Source: Octopus sinensis (lineage: Eukaryota). Taken from it: a DNA stretch of 64,000 nt. The stretch covers positions 43,338,001 to 43,402,000 of the forward strand of contig NC_043002.1 of assembly GCF_006345805.1 (NCBI RefSeq), in the 5' to 3' direction. Below the pieces are notes generated by a model. The model had not been told where the DNA came from and did no database searches. It saw nothing but the letters and a program-made list of their open reading frames with translations. Within the stretch, counting starts at the first letter, position 1. Each line of letters begins with the position of its first letter. The position numbers and the translations under genes are program-made. Positions 1 through 12,770 of this stretch are shown piece after piece.

Positions 1-71
1 ATATATATATATATACATATATATATATAATATATATATATATACATAATATATATATATACATATATATA
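1..71. repeat. (TA)n microsatellite at the 3' end of the CR1-like LINE
   Basis: Direct reading of the sequence. Confidence 0.95.
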
Positions 72-2579
72 AACTTAGCACCACCTGATAGGATTATTCG
101 AATCCTGTTTATGTCAAGTTTTGTTTATGGTTCATTCAAGTAGTGAGTTCTTGTTGGGTGAGTTGTATCCAATTATGGGTGGCTTATCTGGTATTCTTTG
201 AAGGAATCTATCCAGACTCCGTTTAAAGTTGATGGGATCCTTTTCCTCTTTGATCTCTTTCGGGACAATGTTAAATAGGGCAGGGCCTGTTGAGGAAAAG
301 AAATTATGTTGCAGTGTACATGTATGCTTAAATCTTGAATTGGGCAGGGGACGTATGGCCCGTGGTTCCAGTCCTGGATGAACCTTGAAGCTAATGTTCA
401 GGTCGTTTGGGCAAAGTTGGCGGTATATTCTCCACATCGCTCACGGCGACGCCGGAGAGAGTAAAGTTTCAAGGCTTTAAGGCGATCCCAATAATCGAGA
501 GCTGCCATGCCTTCAATTCGTTTAGTGAGTGCCCTCTGGGGTGACTCAATCCCCGAGATGTTTTGTCCTGTATGGGGAGACCAGAGTGGGCAGCAGTATT
601 CGAGGTGTGGCCGTACAAAGGAGGAGAAAAGTGGTATGATGACACCTTGTTCTCTGGACCGGAAAGTTCTTAAGATCCAAGAACTCATCCTACGAGCTAT
701 ATCGACCTTCTTGTTGATGTGTGCACTCCAACTGAGATCGTCATCAACAATTACACCCAGATCTCTGATATTGTTAGAGGCTGTGAGCGGTTCCCCTGAA
801 GGAAGAGAGTATGGCTGTTTTAGTGAGGAATTTCTTCCAAAATGCATCAGCTCAAATTTTCCCTCGTTCAGTTGCATTTTGTTTCTGTCTGCCCATTGAC
901 TCACAGCATATAGATCAGACTGGAGTTGAGTTCGGTCTGCTTCTTCATTGACGATTTGCTGGAGCTTAGTATCATCAGCAAAGATTTTTACTTTGTAGCA
1001 ATGTACGACACTGGAAAGGTCGTTTATGTAAATTATGAAGAGTAGCGGACCCAAGACAGTCCCCTGGGGGACACCGCTGGTGACTTTTGCTGGGCTTGAG
1101 TGGAATCCATCAACTACAACATGTTGTGTTCTATTCGCCAGGAAATACTTAATCCAGTGTCGAACTTTTCCACGGATTCCAACATTTGCTAATTTTGAGA
1201 GTAGGATATTATGGTCTACCCTGTCGAATGCTTTACTGAAGTCAAGATATATGACGTCCGAGTTCGAACCTGTTCCCAAGGCTTTGAGTACATCTTCAAT
1301 GTGGTGTAAGAGCTGTGTTAGCAGTCCCTGCCACAGCGAAAGCCATGCTGATTTGCATTTAGGAGTTTGTGGGTCTCCAGGAAGTCAGCTATCCTTGATC
1401 TTAACACACTTTCAAACACTTTAATGATGTGGGAGGTGAGTGAGATTGGGCGATAGTTGAGTGCGAGGGATATGTTTCCCTGTTTGAAAACCGGGATGAC
1501 TGACTGGGATAGAAACTGTTTCGGTATATAACCTGCGTCTAACGAATTTCTCCAGAGGTTGGTCTGAGGGACTGCAAGTTGGTGTCTACATTCCTTCAGG
1601 AGACTAGCAGGGAATCTATCAGGGCCTACAGCAGAGTAGTATTTGACCTCATTTATTGCTGCTACGATGTCAGTGGCAGTGAAGGTTATGTCTGAGATTT
1701 TATGTTGGGAGTCAACTTCGTTCGCTTCTCTTACGTCAATATCAGTGGGAACACTAAAGACAGAGCAGTATTGTTTCTGCAGTATTTCTGCCATTTCTTT
1801 AGCATCGTGTTGGGGAATGCCGTTATCATCAATCAATGGCCCAATGGGTGAGACAGTGGTTCTATGCTTATTTGCATAAGAATAGAACACTTTTGGGTTC
1901 TGTTTGATGTTTTTGATTACCCACTGTTCCTCCACAGCTCTTTGATTTTCAATGGAGGTTTTCATGTCGGTCTGCAGATGAAGTTTTTCCAGCTCTAGCC
2001 TTTTCATTGTTGTTGAATGTGGATGTTGTGTGTGGGAATATTTTAATTGGTTGATTTTTTTGTTGAGTCTTTTGATGCACCTGATGAGTGTTTTTTTTCT
2101 TTTTAGGGAGCCGGTTTCTGTTTGTGTTAGTAGATTTCGTGGGAGCGTGTTTAGAGCATGTATAGGTGACAATGTTTTCAAAGTGCTGCCATGCGGTCTC
2201 AATATGGGTGGAATTGAGAATAAAAGACCAGTCGATGAAAGACAGATCCTTTCTGATTGCTCCCCAGTCCGCTTTGTGGAAGTTTATGTTGTCAAATGGG
2301 TGCCATGGAGTGGGATTGGCTGGTTTGGTTTTTATATGTCGGGAATTAAAATTGCAGAGTACCATGTCGTGATCTGAGAGGAGAGTTTTTTCAACTGAAA
2401 TACTGTGAACGAAGCTAGAGTGATTGGTCAATACCAGATCCAAGATCGTTTTATTCTGTCTCGTTGGTTCGAGCACTAGCTGAGTCAGGAAGTATTCATC
2501 CATTATATTAAAGAGCAGTTCTGCTGCTGCTCTATCTGATGTAGAGCATTTGCCTAACTTCAGAGTATTTGTGGGCCAG

Positions 2580-2580
<1 letters not shown>
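72..2580 (-). mobile_element. 5'-truncated CR1-clade LINE, ORF2 (end of APE endonuclease plus RT) broken by about 3 frameshifts
   Basis: Consecutive minus-strand ORF pieces give TILDLVLTN..SDHDMV (endonuclease end), NYRPISLTS, YLDFSKAFDRVDH, GVPQGTVLGPLLF, FADDTKL, RPHLEYCCPLWSP and RRRRER. Confidence 0.93.
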
Positions 2581-2660
<80 letters not shown>

Positions 2661-2733
2661 CGTATATATACATATATATATACATATATATATACATATA
2701 TATATACATATATATATATACATATATATATAC

Positions 2734-2787
<54 letters not shown>

Positions 2788-2825
2788 ATATACACACACA
2801 CATATATATATATACATACACGCAC
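2581..2825. repeat. Compound (CA)n/(TA)n/(TATATATACA)n microsatellite
   Basis: Direct reading; it accounts for the YIYI ORFs here. Confidence 0.95.
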
Positions 2826-3322
2826 AAATAGCTGCGTTATATTATGCTACTGAACAAGAGGCACACCGTATGCATAACTCCAATCCAACTCTTTCATTCA
2901 CACTCAAACTGATACATCAGTCTTTTCACAGTTCTTGTTTTGTCCTGCCGGGTTTCTAACACCCTTCTTCAATAAGCTAACCTGGTGGGAGAGCCAGGGT
3001 AGTCGGGGCGTCCCGACTAAGTTATAAATTGTACTGAATAATATACCACAGCAGCACTCAGAACGACCTGATATTACACATATACACATATTCATGCATG
3101 CATACAAACGTACATACATACGTACATACACATCTTCAACAAATGAGCCTTTATGAGCGACTAGCTTGAACTCTGCAAGAGAAAACCATTAGCTGCAACG
3201 AAAAAAACATACGCACACACGCATGAACACACTCGAAAAACCGCACACTCACGCGCAAGTGTTATCGTGCATGTTTTTTGTGCGTGCTCATGTGAGTATA
3301 TGTGTATATGTGCATTAGTGTG

Positions 3323-3340
3323 AGGTTGCTATAGCAACCT
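3323..3340. promoter_or_regulatory. Perfect 18-bp palindrome containing an RFX X-box (GTTGCTATAGCAAC)
   Basis: AGGTTGCTATAGCAACCT lies at the start of a non-repetitive, CpG-richer block (3320-4060) that also holds a CGGAAGT ETS-like site near 3608. Confidence 0.5.
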
Positions 3341-4091
3341 TGGTTTCAACTAGAGATTGTTAGCTTTGTTTTCCTTATTCGTTTTGAAATCATGATGGTA
3401 GATTGGAGTAGCTTTTATTGGAAAGTTTGAATACATGGATGTGAAATGGCTACAAATAAATTACAGAAGAAATAATGACGAACAAAATTAGATCACACTG
3501 ACATACGCTTTTAGCTGAGAAATAAAATTCGCTTGCAGAAATCTGTCGACGAAACGGAAAAGTTAAATGGTTAAATGGTCCTGAAAGTAGCGATTCCAGT
3601 CAGTTCACGGAAGTCATTACTAAAAAGCTAGAGCCGGATTCGCAATCAAAAGAAGACTGCGATACTATCAGAGCAACTATGAATAGTTAGAGATATTAGT
3701 TTCCAACGTAAAGCAACGTAAAAAGTGACATTCTGTAACATCAATAGCGGATATGAAGTTCGGACCGTAACCCGTACGATGAGTTCGTATTCTCTGCATG
3801 TTATTACTGAAATCAGATGGTGCAGTCCAGACTACATTAATACTTTTACTAGAACTAAGTCTAAAAATAGTTCCTTATAGCTTGTCAGAAGCTCTTGAAG
3901 TCTCCTTGCAAAGCCATTCTTAATGAAGCCATTTTCTTCACCGAAAAATCTGCAATTGATCGCAGACTTGGTTTCAAGCCAACGAACGAATCTCTATGTT
4001 AATCGCTTAGCATGCTAGCAACAACAGCCAAATCATATCGTAAAATTAGGAAAGGTTACATTATATAATTTTTTCTACTATAGACATAAGG

Positions 4092-4290
4092 CTAGAAATT
4101 TTGTGGGCGGCTTCTTGTCGGTTACATCGACTCCAGTGATCAACCGGTATTTATTACTTATTTTATCAACCCCGACTCGATGAAAGCAAAGTCGAGTTCG
4201 GCGGAATTTGAATTCAGAACGTAAAGCCAAAGTGCCGCTAAACATTTTGTCCGGTATACTAACCATTCTGCCAGGTAGTTGCCCTATGGT
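4092..4290 (-). mobile_element. tRNA-derived SINE, family A (diverged)
   Basis: Reverse complement matches the copies at 17508 and 45533 (A-box, GAGTTCAAATTCC B-box, GTCGACTTTGCCTTTCATCC core). Confidence 0.8.
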
Positions 4291-4468
4291 TACATTAGAA
4301 AATGCAATTCTAAGTACCATTACATGACAGGATGGTATTGTTGATATACATTGATCTTGAGTCAGTTAGGACTGGGTTGACAAATAAAAACCATCAAGTC
4401 TTCTAAGGCACCACTCTTTGCCAACCACTGTTTCTCTCTTTGTAAATGAATTATATTTTCCTTTTCAG

Positions 4469-4486
4469 AATCGAAATTCTTAATCT
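4469..4486 (+). other. Candidate 18-nt microexon
   Basis: ttttccttttcAG|aatcgaaattcttaatct|GTAAGT; the length preserves frame. Splice signals are the only support. Confidence 0.3.
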
Positions 4487-4537
4487 GTAAGTATAATTTC
4501 TAGAGAAACAGAATTCCAGTTACATTTTTACGTTTTG

Positions 4538-4617
<80 letters not shown>

Positions 4618-4633
4618 TGTATGTACTCATCGA

Positions 4634-5620
4634 GTATGTATGTATGTATGTATGTATGTATGTATGTATGTATGTATGTATGTCATTATTGAGTGTTATT
4701 TCAAGATTTATTGCCGATAGAGAAAGAGCCGATTTCTAAGCTAGATCCAAGTTTCTTGGGTATTCTTGTATGTATATGTGCAGACTTATGATTTGTTTTG
4801 TGTATATATTCTCGTGCAATAGTTTCATATCTAGGTATGCTCATGTATTTTTAAATAATAACTTCTGGAAAGTTTTAGAGATTTTTACAGTTCCAGTATT
4901 AGATTGGATTTGTAGTCTTCAATTCTGCTTTCTCCTTTCTAGTTTTGAGAAGCCTAATTTCTCAAGACTGGTATTCAGGCAGCGTGTTGCATGTCCCAGC
5001 GCCCCAATAATTACAGGTATAAACCTGAACTTGTAACCTGGATAGAGTAACTGCAATTTTCTGAATATTTCAGCGTATTTTCTTTTTTCGCTTATCTTTA
5101 GCTTGTATGTATGTATGTATGTATGTATGTATGTAGTATGTATGTATGTATGTATGTATGTATGTCATTATTGAGTGTTATTTCAAGATTTATTGCCGAT
5201 AGAGAAAGAGCCGATTTCTAAGCTAGATCCAAGTTTCTTGGGTATTCTTGTATGTATATGTGCAGACTTATGATTTGTTTTGTGTATATATTCTCGTGCA
5301 AATAGTTTCATATCTAGGTATGCTCATGTATTTTTAAATAATAAACTTCTGGAAAGTTTTAGAGATTTTTACAGTTCCAGTATTAGATTGGATTTGTAGT
5401 CTTCAATTCTGCTTTCTCCTTTCTAGTTTTGAGAAGCCTAATTTCTCAAGACTGGTATTCAGGCAGCGTGTTGCATGTCCCAGCGCCCCAATAATTACAG
5501 GTATAAACCTGAACTTGTAACCTGGATAGAGTAACTGCAATTTTCTGAATATTTCAGCGTATTTTCTTTTTTCGCTTATCTTTAGCTTGTATGTATGTAT
5601 GTATGTATGTATGTATGTAT
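4634..5620. repeat. Tandem duplication of a ~482-bp unit bounded by (GTAT)n
   Basis: The two copies are near-identical, differing by two 1-bp A insertions. Confidence 0.93.
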
Positions 5621-6289
5621 AACCGTATTACATTCATCTAGGTGTTAAATTACCAGGTTACACTTACCTTCTTAGCATTTTTATCATGAGATAGAGTTTC
5701 TATGTATAATCTGTGTTAGTATAGCTGTGTAGTTAAAAGTTGGCCCTCGATAAATTAAGTACCAGGTGCGTACTAGGGTCGATCTAATCCACTGGTCCCC
5801 TCCCCCCAAATTTCGGGCCGTGTGCCTAGATTAGAAAAGAATACTTAGATCACTCGATTGTATGCTAGACAATATTCGGGATATTTATATTAAAACTTGA
5901 AAGCTATTGATTCACACCAGAAATATTCATATCAACAAATCACTTCTACTTAAAATGAAGACAAGTTTAAAAGGACTCAATATCAGTTCAAACATCTTTT
6001 GAATGTGACAATTTCTTCGGCATCTGCAAACCATTAAGTGGTATAGTGCATCCATGAATTAAGCCAACACCTGCAGAAAACATCATGAGAGTTGAAAGAA
6101 GCTATTTGGAAAGTATTCACTGACTGGTGACCAGGATTGCATCTTGTGAGAAATTGCACAGCTCTATAGCAACAGGCCATCAAATGAAAAACTATGCATA
6201 TCAGTAGAAAGACATGCATGGCTTTTTTGCTCGAAAGTTTGAAAGCGAGAACAACATAAATATTAAAAGTGATCATCTTGGACCAACAA

Positions 6290-6545
6290 CTGTGATATTA
6301 ACTCTCACTTTGCGGAAAAAATCTTTTACAATACAAGAGCAGGAAATAGCTTAATACGTGATGCTGAAAAGGGATATGGATACAGGTAAACCACCTTAAT
6401 GCGACAACCGATGCAAACTTTGTGGTATTAAACTTGAGGATGTCATTCACATAACGGGCAGCCGTTTAAAAATATCATCTGAGAATCATCTACTTACAAA
6501 CCATGATTTCGTAATCAAAAGATTTTGCAATGTGATTCCTAGAAA
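6290..6545 (+). mobile_element. Decayed R4/Dong-like LINE fragment (zinc-knuckle region)
   Basis: Reads IQEQEIA..CDNRCKLCGIKLEDVIHITGS, matching the fragment at 16030-17050. Confidence 0.6.
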
Positions 6546-7410
6546 CGAAATGGAAGGTAAAAATTTAAGTAATTACTTATATACTTTTACCAGTGCTCTC
6601 CTCTCACTCTCACGATGACGATGACCAAAAATACGCCTCATCGACACCAACTTCACTCTAGCGCGGGTGATCGGAAAACCGTATACATGCATGTATAATT
6701 ACATATTAATAACCGTACATAAAATAAATACATGCATACATAAAATACATGTATGTATACGTACATTGATACTTACAGGTGGGTAGATAAATAGAAAGAT
6801 AGACCGATAGCTAGCTAGCTAGATAGATAGATTACATACATAGATACTACAGACGTTAAATGACGTTATGATGTACAGTAGCAAAATTCAAGATACCTTT
6901 TAAAAATAGTATGAACAGTATGAAAGTATGAAAGGCGGTGCTCCAGCATGGCCACAGTTCAAATGACTGAAACAAGTATAAAAGAGTAAAAGAGAAAGTA
7001 AATATTTGTTACAGAAACATCTTAATAACAGTGATGAAATAATCCTCATTTTACTCAAAGGTAAGAACAACATTATGATGACAACAATAACTTCAGCGAC
7101 GATAATAATTGCTTGAAATTTAAGCACAAGGACAGTATCTTGGTAAAAGGGGTTAACAGATTACATAGAATATAGTAGTTAGCTTGTACTTTATTTTATT
7201 GAATCTGTAAAGACAAAAGCAAATTTGATTTCAGTGAGAAGTGGACTGAGAACGAAATGACTCGTAAGGAATACGTCATGACATTTTGTCCGATACTTTA
7301 AAGATTGAGTCAATCCATAACCCTTACGATAATCATCATGATAATATATACTTAGTATTTAAAAAAATACACTGCTTTGGTGTGGAACACTGTTAATTTT
7401 ACGGTATTAA

Positions 7411-7630
7411 CCCTTTAGTGTTCAGATTACTCTGTCAAATGTAATACTTTTTCACTCAAAATATTTTGAATTAATCATGCATTATCTTATAGCTTTGAAG
7501 TTTCAATGATGTGATTGTTTATTTTTAGAATGTCACTGTATGTTAGGTGTGAGAGGCTGGATCTAGCCAGTTTGAATATAAAATATGTAGAATATCTGGG
7601 TCAGATATGGCCGGTTTAAACACTAATGGG
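7411..7630. mobile_element. piggyBac-type MITE, 220 bp
   Basis: TTAA|CCCTTTAGTGTT ... AACACTAATGGG|TTAA; the TIRs match 11/12 and the target duplication is TTAA. Confidence 0.8.
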
Positions 7631-7935
7631 TTAAGTAATGAAACAAAGAAATTTCAAATGAAATATATCGACCTCTACAACAAGAGAGAAACATACGAGG
7701 AGTGATTTCAATAAAGTAGCACGTCTACAAACCGAATATTCTATTTTAAGTATTGTTTCACGGAATTTTATCAACTCAGCGCATTACAGAGTTGAACTAA
7801 TGTGAACGAGGACACCTTATATGATCTGATCGATAAGAAGCCTAACAAAGATAGTAAATAAATTTCCTTCAAATCACTTTGTGCCTGCCGTCACAAATTA
7901 AAAGGACATGTTCGATAATATTGTCCAAAATACAC

Positions 7936-8078
<143 letters not shown>

Positions 8079-8244
8079 ACTGTTGCTTCTGTCCCGTGAC
8101 TGCTGACTACTTTTCCCGTCATATAAGGGTAAAATACCCAATCTTTCAGGTGCTTTCACGGTTATACTGCGTTCAAAATATCCTTACTTTCTAGTCTGCA
8201 TGATACGATACATATTTTTGGTGCTTCCAAAAACAATCAAAAAT

Positions 8245-8291
<47 letters not shown>

Positions 8292-8475
8292 TATATATGT
8301 ATTCAAGTTTTGTGATTGAGTAGCTTAACAATGTAAGTACCATCAACATCACTTGCTTAATGTATGTGTGTAAGTAAATGCAACAGAGCTGCGGTATTTC
8401 ATTTAAGAGAGACCACGCACAGTCGTATTGTATTTGAAAACAGCAAATTTCAAAGCTTGCTGAAACAAATTCTCC

Positions 8476-8587
8476 CCGGAAGTGAAAGAGAGCGACAGAT
8501 ATCGATATTTTGCGGCTATTTCCGCTTTTCAGTGTAACACAAACTTTCGTCTCCGAAAAAACCCACCTTAACCAATTAGAGGTATGT
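8476..8587 (+). promoter_or_regulatory. Candidate housekeeping-type promoter and first exon ending at a GTATGT donor
   Basis: ETS-like CCGGAAGTG at 8476-8484, DRE-like TATCGATA at 8500-8507, and AGAG|GTATGT at 8581/8582, all in unique sequence. Confidence 0.4.
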
Positions 8588-9380
8588 ATACAAATACATT
8601 TTTCTAGTTGGCTGTGTATTGGTTTAGATTCCTCTAATCTAACGGTTCGGATAAAAGAGAATGATAGAATTAGTAGCAGACTTCAAAAATCGTGCCAGCG
8701 TTGATTTGTCTGACTAAAACCTTTCAAGGTGGTAGTATTGGAATTAAATGCTACGAAATAACTGATCATTCGTCACTTATACACTGCTCCCTCTGATTAC
8801 ATTTGTGAACGTTACTTAAGAATGGTGTCTATCTGCTACTATCGCCTGCACTGGATCATTTATGATTTACGAGTCTATAGACGCAATGCAATATCGTTAA
8901 TGCAATACTAACTGTCAAATATTTCCCATCCTATCAAATCAAATAGCTTACAACTCTTATTCTGATTATTTTACACTCTCATATTTACTTACAATCTTAC
9001 ATATGATAAAACATTATTTGTGACTTGTCGGTCACACTAAGGGTAAAACAATAGAAAGAGTGCGTGACAGTCACAGATGCTAAAGCAAGCGACAGCATTT
9101 AAAGGCTTTGCTCCGAAGACGCTGGTAGTTTGATAAAAAATTAACAACAAATATTTATCGTGAATTGAATTTATCTTGTTAGTTTTTCTCTGTCACTGTC
9201 TGTCTGTCCCTCTCTCACACACATGTACACACACTCACAAGTGCACACACTCACACACACTCGCACGTATGCACACACACACACCTCACATAAATGTATG
9301 TATACATGAAATTAAATATTAAACACTTTTGGTTAAAATATCGTTCACATAACGTATATATAAGTGTAATGTATATATAT

Positions 9381-9413
<33 letters not shown>

Positions 9414-9442
9414 CATGGAAGTATATATATATATGTATCTAC

Positions 9443-9475
<33 letters not shown>

Positions 9476-9509
9476 TGTATGTATGTATGTATGTATGTAT
9501 GTATGTATG

Positions 9510-9565
<56 letters not shown>

Positions 9566-10211
9566 TGTATTTATATGCATATATATATGTGTATGCATAT
9601 GTACATACGTGTGTTTATATGTGTGTGTGTTTATTTGTATACACACACATACATTATGTAGGTGATATTTTCAACCGAGACGTTACAATCGTATCTGATT
9701 CTTTAAGTGCTTCAATTCTGTCAATGTACATATATTTACTATATTCCTGACATCTTCTATGCTTTTTCCTCCGTTGCTTAGCCCGTCCGTAACGCTTTCA
9801 CGTGATTAGTTGAATGGGAAGGTAGGGATGGAGGGGAGAAGTGGTAGGGGAGGGTGAGGGAAGGAGAGGTGGTGGTGGTGAGTGAAATGCGTAATTATTT
9901 TTTTAGGTAAGTTTTTTTTTCTTTATTACTTAGCTCGTCTGTAATACTTTTACGTGATTAGATGAAGGGAAAGGCGAAGGGCGAAAGAAAAAAGGGAGAG
10001 TACTGTATATTAATTCTATAAAATTCTGCATAAAGTATATAAAATGTATATATAAAATGCATTAAGTAATAATCGTCCTCCAATTTCATTTACTTTTCAG
10101 TGATTAGCAAGCAGATGAGCGACTATCTTTTGATACAGACACAACAGAGGCTACGCTTTCAGGATTTTTGGATAAAGTTTTCAGAAATATCCAATCAGTT
10201 AACCATTAGTT

Positions 10212-10238
10212 CCGTGAAATATTCATGGGTCCCACTAG
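10212..10238 (+). mobile_element. Helitron-like 3' terminus
   Basis: Hairpin CCGTGAA/TTCATGG followed by CTAG|T; the element probably extends upstream to about 9.7 kb. Confidence 0.45.
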
Positions 10239-10511
10239 TTTATTAATAGTTTTCCCCATTATGATGGAGTACCATTTTGTATCATTAATAAACTGTGGGC
10301 ATTCATTTACGACACAGGTATGCTAGTTTACTTATAAACTTGTAAAGCGTATTGCTTAGTTTGCGTGCATAATACATTTCACTGAGATTAGTCTAAAAAT
10401 GATAAAATATAAATAAAAAGAAGGAAATTTTTGAATTCACTCTGAGAATTCTAAAAACGTTTTTATGGAAAATGAAGTGGTCAATAACTGCTCTTGAATT
10501 TATTTTTATAG

Positions 10512-10528
10512 TGAAAACACCAATGAAG
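10512..10528 (+). other. Candidate 17-nt microexon containing ATG AAG
   Basis: tttatttttatAG|tgaaaacaccaatgaag|GTAAGC; splice signals are the only support. Confidence 0.25.
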
Positions 10529-11137
10529 GTAAGCCAAGCGATATAAACATGAATGTTCATATATGGGTTTAGAGAGCGTTAAATTGAACGAAATTGATAT
10601 CACTTCAATGATAAAACAAAGCAACCATAACAATTCTGGAAACAGTGCAACAAAATAAGGAAAAAAGAAAGAAAAAAGAAAGCAAACAAACAAATACCCC
10701 TGGACATTCATACACATTTCCAACACTATTTTCATTAGTTCGAAGCAAGAATTTACCGAGACATCAAAAACTCACCTCTTCTCCATAGCAAACCAATTCA
10801 AGTTGCTGATCTAATCGATATTGTTTGACTAATAAATGTTTGGACACGCTTATCTCATTTCTTTTACTTTTATTATTTCTGTGGCGTATGCACAGATATA
10901 TCATTCAGTTAATTGTGCGTGTGTTGTGGTCGTGATGTTAGTCGCTGGTGGTGATTTCTGTACGCGTGTTTTCATGCTGTCAGACCAACGTTTACGTTAA
11001 GAGTGGAAGTATATGTGAAGCACTTGACTACTTTTCCTATTATATAACGATTATACATTTTATTTGATCGAACAAGTAAAACACTCATTATCGAAACCAA
11101 AGCGAAATCCATCATATGCCCTTATGTGTTTGCATAC

Positions 11138-11227
11138 ATGTGAACATGTGCATATATATGTGTGTGCACGCGCGTACTGTGCACACAGTACGCGCGTGCA
11201 CACACATATATATGCACATGTTCACAT
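11138..11227. repeat. 90-bp perfect palindrome (44-bp arms, 2-nt loop)
   Basis: atgtgaacatgtgcatatatatgtgtgtgcacgcgcgtactgtg-ca-cacagtacgcgcgtgcacacacatatatatgcacatgttcacat. Confidence 0.9.
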
Positions 11228-11238
11228 ATATGCACATG

Positions 11239-11503
11239 TTCAATAAGGCTACAATCTCCAGCTCGGAACCTTGCGAACCACTTCCGTACAGTTCTTTCGG
11301 ATAAAGAAACATCACCGTAAACTGCGCATATTTCTTTGGTTGATTGTGAGGCATTTTTCCCTTTACGGAAAAAGAAAAGCATCACTTCGTAGCACCCCCG
11401 CCACTCTGTGTTTATTAAATATTATTTCTCTCTCACCAGATGGAGTACCTTTTGCTCATCTTAACATCTTACCAATAGTACACACACATACACACACACA
11501 CAC

Positions 11504-11569
<66 letters not shown>

Positions 11570-11833
11570 GTGTGTGTGTGTGTATGAGTGTGTACTATTG
11601 GTACGATGTTAAGATGAGCAAAAGGTACTCCATCTGGTGAGAGAGAAATAATATTTAATAAACACAGAGTGGCGGGGGTGCTACGAAGTGATGCTTTTCT
11701 TTTTCCGTAAAGGGAAAAATGCCTCACAAGCAACCAAAGAAATATGCGCAGTTTACGGTGATGTTTCTTTATCCGAAAGAACTGTACGGAAGTGGTTCGC
11801 AAGGTTCCGAGCTGGAGATTGTAGCCTTATTGA
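11239..11833. repeat. Inverted duplication of the mariner 5' end centred on (TA)n, with ~270-bp arms
   Basis: ORFs 11271-11612(+) and 11461-11802(-) translate almost identically; about 2 substitutions separate the unique parts of the arms. Confidence 0.92.
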
Positions 11834-12764
11834 CAAAGAGCGATCAGACAGACCATCCACTACAGATGATGACCAAATCAAGTCATTAATTGAGAATAAC
11901 CCACATTGCACAACCCAAGAATTGGCAGAAAGCCTCAACCTATCAAAATCCGTCGTTCATGAGCACCTGGTAAAGCTTGGGTACACAAGTTGCTACGATG
12001 TTTGGGTACCACATGAGTTGAGTGAGAGAACCTTTTGGATCGCATTTTCATCTGTGATTCGCTTTATAAACGGAATGAAAACGCGCCTTTTTTAAAGCAA
12101 ATTGTGACAGGTGGTGAGAAATGGATTATCTACCGAAATGTTCAGAGAAACCGATCCTAGAGTAAGCGGCATGAGCTACCCTTAGCCACCCCAAAATCAG
12201 GTCTTCACCCTAAAAAGTCTTGCTTTGTGTCTGGTGGGATTGGAAAGCGATTCTGTTCTATGAGCTTCTCCCAAGTAACCAGGCAATTAATTCTGAGAAA
12301 TATTGCACACAACTGGACGAGTTAAATGTAGCAATTCAAGAGAAACGCCCAGAATTGGCCAAGAGGAAGGCTGTTGCTTTCCAGCATGATAATGCAAGAC
12401 TGCACGTTTCTTTGGGAACCAGACAAAAATTGCTGCAGCTCGGCTGGGATGTGTTACTCCACCCCCCCCCCCCCATATTCACCAGATATTGCTCCTTCGG
12501 ATTTCCACTTATTCAGGTCTCTGCAGTATAGTCTTAATGATAAAAATTTCGATTCTTTGGCTGACGTAAAAAGATACCTTGATGAATTCTTTGCCATGAA
12601 AGCACCTCAATTCTGGGAAGAGGGTATTTTCAAGTTAAAGGAAAGATGGAGGCGCATTGTGCAACAAAATGGATCATATTTGGTTGATTAAAAATGTAAT
12701 GGCAATTATTCATTGACCTTTTTCTTTCCTTTAAAAATCGGCACGAACTTTCCGAACAACCCAA
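11590..12764 (+). mobile_element. mariner DD34D transposon, decayed, with 3' TIR present and 5' TIR lost
   Basis: WVPHELSE, IVTGGEKW, LCVWWDWK, HDNAR, YSPDIAPSDFHLF; frameshifts include an expanded poly-C run; 3' TIR aaaaatcggcacgaactttccgaacaacccaa at 12733-12764. Confidence 0.93.
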
Positions 12765-12770
12765 CAATTA

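Noticed and set aside
507-1879. Plus-strand ORFs 507-899, 1035-1424 and 1643-1879
   Set aside because: They are antisense shadows of the CR1 ORF2.
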